A stretch of 64,000 bases of DNA, from the NCBI GenBank assembly GCA_964606085.1, contig CAZSFD010000005.1, forward strand, positions 19,812 to 83,811, given 5' to 3'. The notes below the pieces were generated by a model. It searched no databases, was not told the DNA's origin, and saw nothing but the letters and a program-made list of their open reading frames with translations. Each line of letters starts with the position of its first letter. The stretch's first letter is position 1. Made by a program: the position numbers and the translations under genes. Shown here piece by piece: positions 19,542-28,904 of the stretch. Origin of the DNA: an uncultured Anaerolineaceae bacterium (GTDB lineage Bacteria > Chloroflexota > Anaerolineae > Anaerolineales > UBA4823).

Positions 19542-20515
19542 CCACGATCAAAGACGTTGCCAAACACGCCGGGGTCAGCGTCACCACGGCTTCATACGCC
19601 TTGAACGATACCGGCTCGATCAGCGCCGCCACGCGCCAACGCGTGTTCGAAGCCGCCGAAGCGCTCAATTACCACCCCAACGCCTTCGCCCGCAATCTCA
19701 AAAAGCGCAAATCGGGCGTTATTGGCGTTTTCATCAATCGCTTTGGCGGCTCGTTCTACGAGGACATTCTCGAAGGCATCCACGATGCCGTTCTCACCAC
19801 CGATTACGACCTGATCGTCTGCCCCGAAACCGGGGTCATCCCCCGGCTGCTTACCCAGCGCCAGGTGGATGGGGCCATTGTGTTTGCCTCGCGAATTAAG
19901 AATGACACGCTGGTCAAGGTTGCCTCGAAAAAATTCCCCATCGTCGTCCTCGACCGTTTCCTCGAAACAGACTATTTGTTCCCATTGCTGCTCGACAACC
20001 AGCAGGGCGTGAAGGCGGCTTTTCGGCACCTCTATGAGCAAGGCGCACGGCGGATTTTTTATATTTCTGGCGCAGCCGATTCCTTCGATAACTGGGAGCG
20101 CAAACGGGCCTTTCTCGATGAAGCCGCCAAATATAACCTCGCCACCCAGCAATACGACGGCAACTTCACCGAAAAATCGGGCTACGACATTGGCAGCCAG
20201 ATCATCCAGGGCGGCAGCTTGCCCGAAGCGGTGTTTTGCGCCAACGACCAGATGGCTATCGGCTTCCTGCGCGCCATGCAAGAGCGCCAACTGAATGCGC
20301 CGCGCGATATTGCCGTGGTCGGTTTCGATGACATTCAGGTCGCCAGTTTGATGCACCCTTCCCTGTCCACCGTTGGCGCTTCGCGCTACACCTGGGGCTA
20401 TTCTGCGGCCAACCAATTGATGGACTTTCTCGAAAACGGCAACCCCTTCCCGCAACCCTATCGCATCCAGACGCAACTGATCCCGCGTCAATCCTCCACC
20501 CGAGTCGCCCGATGA
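19538..20515 (+). CDS. LacI-family transcriptional regulator
   Basis: TIKDVAKHAGVSVTTASYALN HTH; YHPNAFARNL hinge; CANDQMAIG, VVGFDDI. Confidence 0.95.
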   Translation: MTTIKDVAKHAGVSVTTASYALNDTGSISAATRQRVFEAAEALNYHPNAFARNLKKRKSGVIGVFINRFGGSFYEDILEGIHDAVLTTDYDLIVCPETGVIPRLLTQRQVDGAIVFASRIKNDTLVKVASKKFPIVVLDRFLETDYLFPLLLDNQQGVKAAFRHLYEQGARRIFYISGAADSFDNWERKRAFLDEAAKYNLATQQYDGNFTEKSGYDIGSQIIQGGSLPEAVFCANDQMAIGFLRAMQERQLNAPRDIAVVGFDDIQVASLMHPSLSTVGASRYTWGYSAANQLMDFLENGNPFPQPYRIQTQLIPRQSSTRVAR

Positions 20516-22602
20516 ACACCTTCGCCGTCCGAGACGGCCAATTCTGGCTCAACGACCAACCCCTGCTCCTCCAGTCTGGCGAATTGCACTATTTTCGCAC
20601 CCCGCCAGCGCAATGGCCGCACCGCCTGGGGCTGCTGCAGGCGGCAGGCTTCAACGCCGTAGCCACGTACATCCCCTGGCTGTGGCACCAGCCTGAGCCT
20701 GGCGTTTCCGACTTCGACGGCCACAGCCACCCGTGGCGTAACCTGGCCGGTTTCCTCGATCTCGCCGCCGAGATGGGCCTGTGGATCATCGCCCGGCTTG
20801 GCCCTTACATCATGGCCGAGACCATCAACGAGGGTATTCCGCCGTGGGTGTTTGCCCAGGCCCCACAGGTTGCCATCCTCAACCAGCACGGCCAAACGGA
20901 AAACATCGCCAGCTATTTACACCCCGATTTTTTGACCCCCGTCGCACACTGGTACCAGGCAGTTTTTCAGGTATTAGCCCCCCGGCAGATCACCCGCGGC
21001 GGCAATATCCTCCTGATTCAACTGGATAACGAAATGGGTATGCCCCATTGGGTGCGCAATCTGCTCGACATCAATCCCGATACCCTGGCGCGCTTTGCCG
21101 CCTATTTGCATGAGACGTATGCCGACCGGCTTGCCCGGCGCTACCCCGCCGCCGATCTGCCGGAATTTCTCGGCCAGGCGTTAGCGCATCCCGGCGCACC
21201 CCACGCCCGCAACGTGCTGGAAGATTACCGCCGCTTTTACCGCGCCTATCTCCGTCAATATGCCGCTTTCTTGTGGTCGCAGGCGCAGGCCAACGGCATG
21301 GAAGTTCCGCCCATCGTCAACATCCACGGCTTTGCCAACGGCGGCAAAACCTTCCCCATCGGGTTGTCGCAGTTGGTCTCGGTGATGGAGATGGACGGGA
21401 TGGTCAGCGCCACCGATGTCTACCCCATTTTCATCAACGAGGGCAATTTTCACCAACTGCTGCTGGTCAACGAAGCCACCAAAGCGCTGCAAAACCCGCA
21501 ACAGGCGTTGTTCTCGGTCGAGTTTCAGGCTGGCGGCAACCTCGATTTTGGCAGCGGCCAGACCTCGCTTTACGATCTGCACGCCCGGCTGTGTATTTCG
21601 TGTGGGATGCGCGCCATCAATCATTACCTCTTCTTCGATGGCGAAAACCACCCCCTGCTCAGCCCGGTCAAACGTCACGATTGGGGCCACCCGGTGCGCA
21701 AAGACGGCTCTCTGCGCCCGCATTACCACCGCTACCCCAGGCTCTCGGCGGCGCTTGCCACCTATGGCAGTGCCTTGACCCTGGCCCGCCCGCAAACCGT
21801 CACGACGATTGGCTTTTGGCTCGATCATTTTATGACCGAAGTCAACAACGCCTTCACCCAGGAAGCGACCCACATCATCACCCACCAACGCGAAGTGATC
21901 CTGTTCGACCTGATCGCCCGCGGCCTGGCGCTCACCCACCGCCCCTTCGATGCCGTCGAACTCAGCCGCGCCACGCTGGATGCCGCCACAACGCCGCTCT
22001 GCTGGGCCATGCTCGAAAGGCAGTGCGACCCCGCCACGCAGCAAAAATTGGTAGAGTACGTCCGCCAGGGGGGAAATTTGGTTCTGATTGGGCGGATGTG
22101 CCTGGAAGGCTTCGATCACGCCCCATGCACCCTCTTGTCCGAGGCCCTCGGTGTCGTCCGGCTGGGCGGCGGCGAACCGTTCGTATCACGGCTGATCCGT
22201 GTTTTCGACCATGCTGATGTCCCCGCCTCGTTCGTCGAAACCTACGTGGGCGATTTCGCTGAAGTGATCGCCAGCGACGAAACCGGCGCAACGGTGGGTT
22301 TCATCCAACCTGTCGGCAAAGGAAAGGTGCTGCTCCTCGGCGCGGCGCTGCCGGCCAACACCCTGGCCGACCTCGGCATCGTCCACCAGATGGCCTTGCA
22401 GATGGGCTGCCCGCCGCTCTTTCGGCTCAGTCAATGGGCTGATGTGCGCATCAGCCGCGGCGAAAGGGGCAGTTTCCTGTTCATCAACAACTATCAAGAT
22501 GATGCGGTTGAAACGACGGTGGAATATGATGGCCAAATGCTTTTTGCAGGACAGGCCATCACGCTGCCCGCTCGACAAGGGTTGATCTTGCCTGTGGAAT
22601 GA
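20512..22602 (+). CDS. GH35 clan-A glycosidase/transglycosylase with GH42-like C-terminal domain
   Basis: GELHYFR, GPYIMAE, QLDNE (acid/base, E174), SVEFQAG (nucleophile, E337); no signal peptide. Confidence 0.82.
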   Translation: MNTFAVRDGQFWLNDQPLLLQSGELHYFRTPPAQWPHRLGLLQAAGFNAVATYIPWLWHQPEPGVSDFDGHSHPWRNLAGFLDLAAEMGLWIIARLGPYIMAETINEGIPPWVFAQAPQVAILNQHGQTENIASYLHPDFLTPVAHWYQAVFQVLAPRQITRGGNILLIQLDNEMGMPHWVRNLLDINPDTLARFAAYLHETYADRLARRYPAADLPEFLGQALAHPGAPHARNVLEDYRRFYRAYLRQYAAFLWSQAQANGMEVPPIVNIHGFANGGKTFPIGLSQLVSVMEMDGMVSATDVYPIFINEGNFHQLLLVNEATKALQNPQQALFSVEFQAGGNLDFGSGQTSLYDLHARLCISCGMRAINHYLFFDGENHPLLSPVKRHDWGHPVRKDGSLRPHYHRYPRLSAALATYGSALTLARPQTVTTIGFWLDHFMTEVNNAFTQEATHIITHQREVILFDLIARGLALTHRPFDAVELSRATLDAATTPLCWAMLERQCDPATQQKLVEYVRQGGNLVLIGRMCLEGFDHAPCTLLSEALGVVRLGGGEPFVSRLIRVFDHADVPASFVETYVGDFAEVIASDETGATVGFIQPVGKGKVLLLGAALPANTLADLGIVHQMALQMGCPPLFRLSQWADVRISRGERGSFLFINNYQDDAVETTVEYDGQMLFAGQAITLPARQGLILPVE

Positions 22603-22643
22603 CAGCCCTGACGGGGGAAGCCTTCCAAATAGACCGCTTCTTG

Positions 22644-23837
22644 TCACAGCCGCCTGAATAAAATGCCTGCGAACAACGCCATCGTTGCGCCGAACACGAA
22701 GGGCGCAGCCGGCCCGAAGCCCAACCAGCCCCACGCCCCCTGCCACAACAGCCCGGCGATCAGCGAAGCTGGCAGGGCCGTCAGGCCGATGGCGGCATTG
22801 TAATAGCCGTAGGCCGTGCCGCGTTGTTCTTGCGGCACCAGGTCGGCGACAAGCGCCTTAGCGGCTCCTTCGGTCAGGGCATAGTAGAAGCCATAGCAGC
22901 CATACAACAGCCAGATTGTCAGGCCATTGGGGGCGGCGGCAAACCCCAGGTAGATCAGCCCATAAAATAACCAGCCGATCCAGATCAATTTGCGCCGCCC
23001 CAACCGGTCTGAAAGCGCCCCGGCTGGCCCGGCGCAGAGGGTGTACACTGCATTGAAGGTCAGCGACATGCCCAGGATTTGCAGCACCGTCAACCCGCGT
23101 TCTTGCCCGCGCAGCAAAATGAACGCATCGGATGAATTTCCCAGCGTGAACACGATCATGGCCAGCAAAAACCACTTGAAGCGCCCATCGAATGACTTCC
23201 AACCCTGGGGTGTAGGGCTGGCGGCGGTTTTGGCGCTGCCTTGCGGCTTGATCTCGCGCACGCCCAGCGCCAACACGATCACAGCCAACATTGCCGGAAT
23301 GATGCTTAGCAGCACGATGACCTGAAAAGTGGCCCGCGTCAGCTCGCCCCCGCCGGCCTGGCTCAGCCAGATGACCAGCGCGGCGATCAGCAGCCCGGTG
23401 AACGCCCCTGCCGTATCTCCGGCGCGGTGCAGCCCGAAGGCCAGCCCGCGCTGTTCGGGCGTGATGCTGTCTGCCAGCAGGGCGTCGCGCGGGGCGGTGC
23501 GGATACCCTTGCCCACCCGGTCGGCAAATCGCACGCCCAGCACCCAGCCCCAGGTGTTGGCGAAATATAAAAACGGCTTGGCCAGCGTAGACAGCCCATA
23601 GCCGAGAACGGTCAGCCATTTGCGCTGCCCCAGGCGGTCGGAAAGCTGCCCAGAGATGATCTTTACCAGGCTGGCGGTCGTCTCAGCCACGCCCTCGATC
23701 AGCCCGACCACGCTGGTGCGCTGTCCCAGCACGTTGACGAGAAACAAGGGCATCAGGTTGGTGAGCATTTCCGATGAGACATCGGTCAGATAGGATGCCA
23801 GGGTGAGCAGCCAGATGTTGCGGGGGATTTTTTTCAT
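22644..23837 (-). CDS. MFS transporter
   Basis: 12-TM pattern; motif A GQLSDRLGQRK and GALSDRLGRRK. Confidence 0.9.
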   Translation of the reverse strand: MKKIPRNIWLLTLASYLTDVSSEMLTNLMPLFLVNVLGQRTSVVGLIEGVAETTASLVKIISGQLSDRLGQRKWLTVLGYGLSTLAKPFLYFANTWGWVLGVRFADRVGKGIRTAPRDALLADSITPEQRGLAFGLHRAGDTAGAFTGLLIAALVIWLSQAGGGELTRATFQVIVLLSIIPAMLAVIVLALGVREIKPQGSAKTAASPTPQGWKSFDGRFKWFLLAMIVFTLGNSSDAFILLRGQERGLTVLQILGMSLTFNAVYTLCAGPAGALSDRLGRRKLIWIGWLFYGLIYLGFAAAPNGLTIWLLYGCYGFYYALTEGAAKALVADLVPQEQRGTAYGYYNAAIGLTALPASLIAGLLWQGAWGWLGFGPAAPFVFGATMALFAGILFRRL

Positions 23838-23848
23838 GGGGGGGCAGG

Positions 23849-25159
23849 TTATGGGGTCAGGAAGCTTTCAATGGGTGGGCATTGGGCGCGCTGCTGAAGC
23901 CCTTTCCAGCGTCGCAGGGCCTCGGCTGCCGGTGCAATGTGGGCCAGCACCGCCTGGCATTCGGAGCGGTCGGGTTGCGCCGCTTGCCAGATCGGCAGGA
24001 GCAGGTTTTCTGGCGCTATTGCCGCTTCCAAGATTCCCGGATTGAGCCGGGCCAGCGCCGCTGCCGCGCCGAAGGCGTAGCGGGCGGGGCGAATCCCTTG
24101 CTGCAAGGCCAGGCGTATCGTGCCAATCAGGCGGTCATCCCAGCCCAGCTTACGCTCTGGGTCGCGCCCCACCCGTTCGACATCATCCAGCAAAAAAGGG
24201 TTGACCATGCGTTCGAGCAGGTCATCGGCATAGGCGGCGTAGCCGGCGGGGGTGAAAAGCGCATCCACGCCAGCGTGTTTGCCCACCAGCGCCGCGCCCG
24301 ATTCCTCGATGAACGCCCGGCGCAGAAATGTGATCATGCCGGGCATTTCCTTCAGATCGGCGATGAATTTGGCCGCGCATAGGCCGCCCACATAGGCGGC
24401 TAAGGCGTGTGTGGCGTTGTGTCCGTAGAGTTTGGCTTCCTCGAAGGGCAGTAGATCGGGTTTCTCGGTGAACAGGGTGATGCCGCGCGTAAATGGCGGG
24501 TCGAAATCAATGGCCGAGATCAAGATACGGTTGAATGCTTCTACCCGAAAGGCACGCGGCAGCCCGGGTGCGATGGCGGCCAGGCGTTGTTCGGCAATCT
24601 GCTCAGGTTCGGTCACGATAGCGCTCATCTTGCCGATCACCGTGTTCAAGAAGCGCACCTGGCTCAGCACAGCCGCCTGTTCCCCAACAGGGATTTCTGC
24701 CATCACTGCCGCTTGCAGGGCTTCGGCGGCGTGATTGTGGTTTTCGGCAGCGTAGATCACTGCCCGCGGCCCGCCCCGCCTGGCCTTCAACTGCAAACCG
24801 GCGGCCAGCAGGCGATGGATACTGCCAGGCTGATCGGATGTGTAGAATTTGATGCTCGGAACCGCCGTGGCAATCTCCTGCGCTGCGGCAAGCGCTTCGA
24901 CCAACCTTTGCCGGTCGGCTGCGTTGGCCGGGTCGGCCATTTCCACCGGGCCGATTTCGGCCTGCTCGATGCGATCGGCTTGCGCGGTGTTCAGCCAATA
25001 GCGCCCCTGGTTGGCGCGCAGCGCCGCCACCACATCAGGGACGACTTCTGCCACGACAAAGCGCGCGAAATTACCGCTTTTGAAGGCCTCGTGCAGGAAC
25101 AGCCCTGCCTGAATAGCCCCAAAACCAAACCCGACGAATGTACGTGAAGATGTGTTCAT
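23849..25159 (-). CDS. Mannitol-1-phosphate 5-dehydrogenase-like polyol-phosphate dehydrogenase
   Basis: N-terminal Rossmann GFGFGAIQAG; AAENHN; EAKLYGHNATH (MtlD Lys/Asn catalytic segment); RVGRDPERKLG. Confidence 0.7.
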   Translation of the reverse strand: MNTSSRTFVGFGFGAIQAGLFLHEAFKSGNFARFVVAEVVPDVVAALRANQGRYWLNTAQADRIEQAEIGPVEMADPANAADRQRLVEALAAAQEIATAVPSIKFYTSDQPGSIHRLLAAGLQLKARRGGPRAVIYAAENHNHAAEALQAAVMAEIPVGEQAAVLSQVRFLNTVIGKMSAIVTEPEQIAEQRLAAIAPGLPRAFRVEAFNRILISAIDFDPPFTRGITLFTEKPDLLPFEEAKLYGHNATHALAAYVGGLCAAKFIADLKEMPGMITFLRRAFIEESGAALVGKHAGVDALFTPAGYAAYADDLLERMVNPFLLDDVERVGRDPERKLGWDDRLIGTIRLALQQGIRPARYAFGAAAALARLNPGILEAAIAPENLLLPIWQAAQPDRSECQAVLAHIAPAAEALRRWKGLQQRAQCPPIESFLTP

Positions 25160-25166
25160 TGGCTGG

Positions 25167-26024
25167 TCATGCCTGACTTGTCACCCGGCGCAGACGTTCG
25201 GCCACATCTTGCCCAAAGCGCTGGATAAATTCCTGCACGAAGGCGGCCACGTCCAAAGCGGGGTCGAGCGCCAGCGGCGTCAAATCCATGGCAAACGACA
25301 GGCCCAGGCTTGTATCCACGCCGTGCGAGGCAAAGTAGGTAGCATTGGCGCGGCGGCGGCCCAGCGAAGCCAGGTCGTAGCGTTTGCCGCCGGCAATCTG
25401 CGAGTCGAACACGCCCAGGAGCGCCGCTTGCAGGTTCTCATGCTGGCTCAAATCCAGACCCACCTTGTCGTCGTCCAGCATCCAATCCAGGTCGCGCCAC
25501 ACCTCGCAGCCATAGAGCTTTTGCGGGCGTTGGTTGGCCGGCAGCGAGCGGATGGCGGCGATCACCTTCAACGCCACGCCGACGTGCGTATCGTGCTTGT
25601 CGGCCAGGTTATGGGTGTAGACGAACTGGGGGCGGGTCGCGTGCAAGATGGCAGCGATGTCATCTACCGGTTGGAGATTTTTGCCATCTTTGACGGCCTT
25701 GCTGGGGTAATCGAGCATGATCTGCGCGGCGTACTCGCCGACAATAGCCGCTTTGCGTTGTTCTTTGAAGCGCACCAGGCGCATTTGCTCGTCGCTGTAA
25801 TTCTTGTAGAGGGCGTCGCGCGGCGAACCGCGCCCATCGGTCACGACAACCCCCGTAAACCACTGAGCCGTCTGCTGGAAACAATCCAGGATCGGCGCGG
25901 CGGCCATGATTTCGATGTCGTCCTGGTGGGCGGCCAGGCACAGGTGCGTTGTCCGTTGCAGCCCGGCGTCAACCGGCAGCCCATCGGGGATAAATACTTC
26001 GGCGGTAGAAAGGTGAAATTGCAT
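25167..26024 (-). CDS. PIG-L/LmbE family deacetylase
   Basis: AHQDDIE and HNLADKHDTH metal motifs; GGAG RBS 6 nt before ATG at 26024. Confidence 0.8.
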   Translation of the reverse strand: MQFHLSTAEVFIPDGLPVDAGLQRTTHLCLAAHQDDIEIMAAAPILDCFQQTAQWFTGVVVTDGRGSPRDALYKNYSDEQMRLVRFKEQRKAAIVGEYAAQIMLDYPSKAVKDGKNLQPVDDIAAILHATRPQFVYTHNLADKHDTHVGVALKVIAAIRSLPANQRPQKLYGCEVWRDLDWMLDDDKVGLDLSQHENLQAALLGVFDSQIAGGKRYDLASLGRRRANATYFASHGVDTSLGLSFAMDLTPLALDPALDVAAFVQEFIQRFGQDVAERLRRVTSQA

Positions 26025-26138
26025 TTCGATCTCCATGGAAACCGCCCGGCGATTGATCGCCGGGCCAGTGAGCAGCGCCAGATTAACCTGGCTTTGTAAC
26101 CTGGGTCTGCCCGATAGCCCCGTTTACGGGGGATTGCT

Positions 26139-27551
26139 TTATCGCCCGACATTCATGCCCGGGCGGGCTTCTGGCAAACTGGCCGCGGCGATGGACTGTC
26201 CCACGCGGCGGCTCTTCTCGTCGGGCAGTTGCACGTGGATGCGGGCGGCCAGTTCAGGAAATTCGGCTTGAAGCACCTGATTGGCGAGTTCGAGGATGAT
26301 CTCGCCGCCGCGGCCCGACGTGCAGCGCCCTAAAATCAGCACATGCTTGATCTCGTAGAAACGGGCATAGTGGGCCAGGGCGTATCCCAGGTAGATGCCC
26401 ATGCTCTGCCAGATTTGCGCCGCGCCTTCATGCCCGGCCTCCAGCTTTTGCTGCACGAACTTGAGCTTCTCGGCATCCGTCACGCCCGCTGGGATTTCGA
26501 TGCCGGCCCGGGGGGCCAGCCGGAACACGCACTGCTGCGAAAAATAGAGCGCCCCGCAGCCGCGGTCGCCCGACCATTCATCCAGCGGCGCATTCGGGTT
26601 GTAATCCACCGGGGCGAAGGCCAGTTCGCTCAACCAGTTGCGGATGTGGCCGTGCATATCCACATACCCGGCCGCCTCGCTCGACCCGAGGGCGATGCCC
26701 AAAATGCCGTTATCTTCCAGCGACATCGCCCCCGCCAGCGCGGTCACATCGCCATCATTGATCACTTCGAGCGGCACGCCCAATTCGTCGCGCAGGCGCA
26801 AAAAGAGGCTTTTGATCTCGCCGAAACGCTCCGCCGGGATGCCGCGAAAGAGCGAGGCCACCATCGGGCGGTTGTCAATGTAGATGCCTGCCGAACTGCC
26901 GCCAATGGCATCTACGCGTGGCATTTTGGAGGCTGCGGTTTGCAGGGCGGCTTTGATTTCGCGGTAGTGATAGGCCGGGTCGCTGTTTTTGCGCGGCTCC
27001 CACACCACTTCTTCGCTGTACACCGGCACGCCATCTACCACCGCGCTCACCTTCCGGTCAGAAGCGCCCAGGTCGAAGCCGATGCGGCAGCCATCCAGGT
27101 GGCGGCCCAGGTTCTTGCCGCTCTCGTTGGCGGGCGGCACATCTTCAGCGGCGCAGGTGACGACGGTGAACGCTTGCTCGTAGACCGTCTGGCCCATGAA
27201 GCCGTGATCGAAGGCCCTTTCGCCGCCCGGCGCGTAGACCTGGCGAATGTATTCGCCGATGGCCGCCGGGCCGCCGACCGTCACCTTCCAGCCGCCGCGC
27301 TGCCAGAGCAAAAATTTCACCAGGCGTTCGACCATTGCGAAGTTTTCCTCGTAACGCGGGTGGCCCTCAGGAAAGACGCGTGTTTGGTAGCGCGAGGTCT
27401 CGCCGCCGTTGCGTTCCAGGCCGATTGCCAGCGGCACGCCATCTTGGGCGGTGGCCTGGTCGAAGGCCTGGTGCACGAGGCCTGCCGGAATAAAATCGGC
27501 ATCGAGTGGGGGAATGAATTGGGGGTGAATGAGATGGGAGTAGTTTTTCAT
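26139..27551 (-). CDS. ROK-family sugar kinase with N-terminal extension
   Basis: GFDLGASDRK, INDGDVTALAG, GIALGSSEAAG; about 150 aa extra N-terminal region. Confidence 0.75.
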   Translation of the reverse strand: MKNYSHLIHPQFIPPLDADFIPAGLVHQAFDQATAQDGVPLAIGLERNGGETSRYQTRVFPEGHPRYEENFAMVERLVKFLLWQRGGWKVTVGGPAAIGEYIRQVYAPGGERAFDHGFMGQTVYEQAFTVVTCAAEDVPPANESGKNLGRHLDGCRIGFDLGASDRKVSAVVDGVPVYSEEVVWEPRKNSDPAYHYREIKAALQTAASKMPRVDAIGGSSAGIYIDNRPMVASLFRGIPAERFGEIKSLFLRLRDELGVPLEVINDGDVTALAGAMSLEDNGILGIALGSSEAAGYVDMHGHIRNWLSELAFAPVDYNPNAPLDEWSGDRGCGALYFSQQCVFRLAPRAGIEIPAGVTDAEKLKFVQQKLEAGHEGAAQIWQSMGIYLGYALAHYARFYEIKHVLILGRCTSGRGGEIILELANQVLQAEFPELAARIHVQLPDEKSRRVGQSIAAASLPEARPGMNVGR

Positions 27552-27574
27552 GGGGTTATGATAGGTGAAAGAGC

Positions 27575-28828
27575 TCAAAGCGAGATTTTACGCGGCTCGC
27601 GCAATTTGAGGATGAACGCGGCCACCGTAACCAGCCCGAACAGGGTCGAAACCAGAAAGGTCAGCGAATAACCCGACCAATCGGCCAGCCAGCCGCCGAT
27701 GACCGGGGCCAGGATGGTGGCAGGGGCGATGAGGGTGTTCGACAGCCCGATATAGGCCTGGCGTTCGGCGGGGCGGCCAAATTCGAGCGTCATCGCCATG
27801 GCGGTTGTCCAGATCGCCACGTTGGCCACGCTGGCCAGGATCATCACCAGGTAAAACCAGCCCACCGCAGGCGAAAGCCAGGCCGTGGCGGCGCTGAGCA
27901 AAGCCGCCACGAAGCCGGCTCCCAGCACACGGTAGTGGCCCCAGCGGTCGCCTGCTCCGCCCATCAGCGGGTTGGCGAGGATGCCCGTGATCATGCCGGT
28001 GCTGGTCAGCACCCCGGCGATGGTTTTGCTGACCTGGTAATTGAGCACGGCGTATAAGATATAAAACGCCGCGCCCATCATGGCAAATTGCGCCAGCATC
28101 CGCACCGCCAGAAACCAGCGGAAGTTGGCGTCGCGGCGCAAAATCTCCCGCATACTGATTTGCACAATCCCTTGCGGCGCGGGCGTTTCTTCTTCTGGCG
28201 GAAATTCATCCGGTTCACGGGTCAACGCCACCATGATGTAAGAAATGACCAGCGCAGCAAAGGCGGTGGTGAAGCACAGGGTAAAGCCGAGGCGCGGGCC
28301 ATAGGTATCCAGCCAATAGCCCGAAATGACGGCACTGACGGCGGCCAGGATATTGAACGCCGCGGCTTGCACGCCAAAAAACGTGCCGCGCAGCCTGGGC
28401 GGCAGCACCTTGACCAACATGCTTTGCCAGGCCACCATGCCAAACCCGCCGCCCAAGCCCTGCCAGACCAACAAAGCCAGCACCAGGGCTGCGGCCGGGT
28501 TGGCATCTATCTGATTCATCATCCACGCCAGCAGGCCGAGAAACAGAAATGGCAGGCGTTCATTGATCGAAATCAGCAGCACCCAGGGTTTGAAGCGTTT
28601 CTGCCGCGCCATGAAGCCCACGGTAAACATGGAGGGCAGTTGCAGCCCGGCAACGTGGATGGCCGGGATCAGGCCGATCAGCGCGGCTGAGGATGTGAAC
28701 TGGTTGAGGAAAAGGGGGATGATCGCGCCGAACGAGGCGAAGCCGATGGCCAGGCCAAAAAAAGCACCGTCAAGCACGTTGACAGTGAAATTAAACCGCA
28801 GGTTGGGGTAATGGGGTAGGTTGCGCAT
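27575..28828 (-). CDS. MFS transporter
   Basis: 12-TM pattern; GGAGDRWGHYR motif A. Confidence 0.85.
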   Translation of the reverse strand: MRNLPHYPNLRFNFTVNVLDGAFFGLAIGFASFGAIIPLFLNQFTSSAALIGLIPAIHVAGLQLPSMFTVGFMARQKRFKPWVLLISINERLPFLFLGLLAWMMNQIDANPAAALVLALLVWQGLGGGFGMVAWQSMLVKVLPPRLRGTFFGVQAAAFNILAAVSAVISGYWLDTYGPRLGFTLCFTTAFAALVISYIMVALTREPDEFPPEEETPAPQGIVQISMREILRRDANFRWFLAVRMLAQFAMMGAAFYILYAVLNYQVSKTIAGVLTSTGMITGILANPLMGGAGDRWGHYRVLGAGFVAALLSAATAWLSPAVGWFYLVMILASVANVAIWTTAMAMTLEFGRPAERQAYIGLSNTLIAPATILAPVIGGWLADWSGYSLTFLVSTLFGLVTVAAFILKLREPRKISL

Positions 28829-28835
28829 GGCGGCA

Positions 28836-28859
28836 AGTGTAGCACAATTCTGTTACAAT
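28836..28859. promoter_or_regulatory. Back-to-back extended -10 promoters
   Basis: Minus strand TG-C-TACACT (28844-28836), 7 nt before ATG 28828; plus strand TG-T-TACAAT (28851-28859) toward crcB. Confidence 0.6.
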
Positions 28860-28904
28860 GCTGCCCGTTTTGTTTAAGCTGGCGATGGAGGTTTTGTAGA
28901 CAAC

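Noticed and set aside
26044-26065. 10-bp GC hairpin between ROK and PIG-L genes
   Set aside because: Real but short, with no U tract or related copies; insufficient to assign a function
28881-28904. GGCGATGGAG upstream of crcB resembles the 5' end of the fluoride riboswitch
   Set aside because: The TTCGCC partner strand and the 3' conserved ATGAC..CTAC segment are missing, and only 14 nt remain before the ATG. GGAGG is explained as the RBS. At most a remnant.
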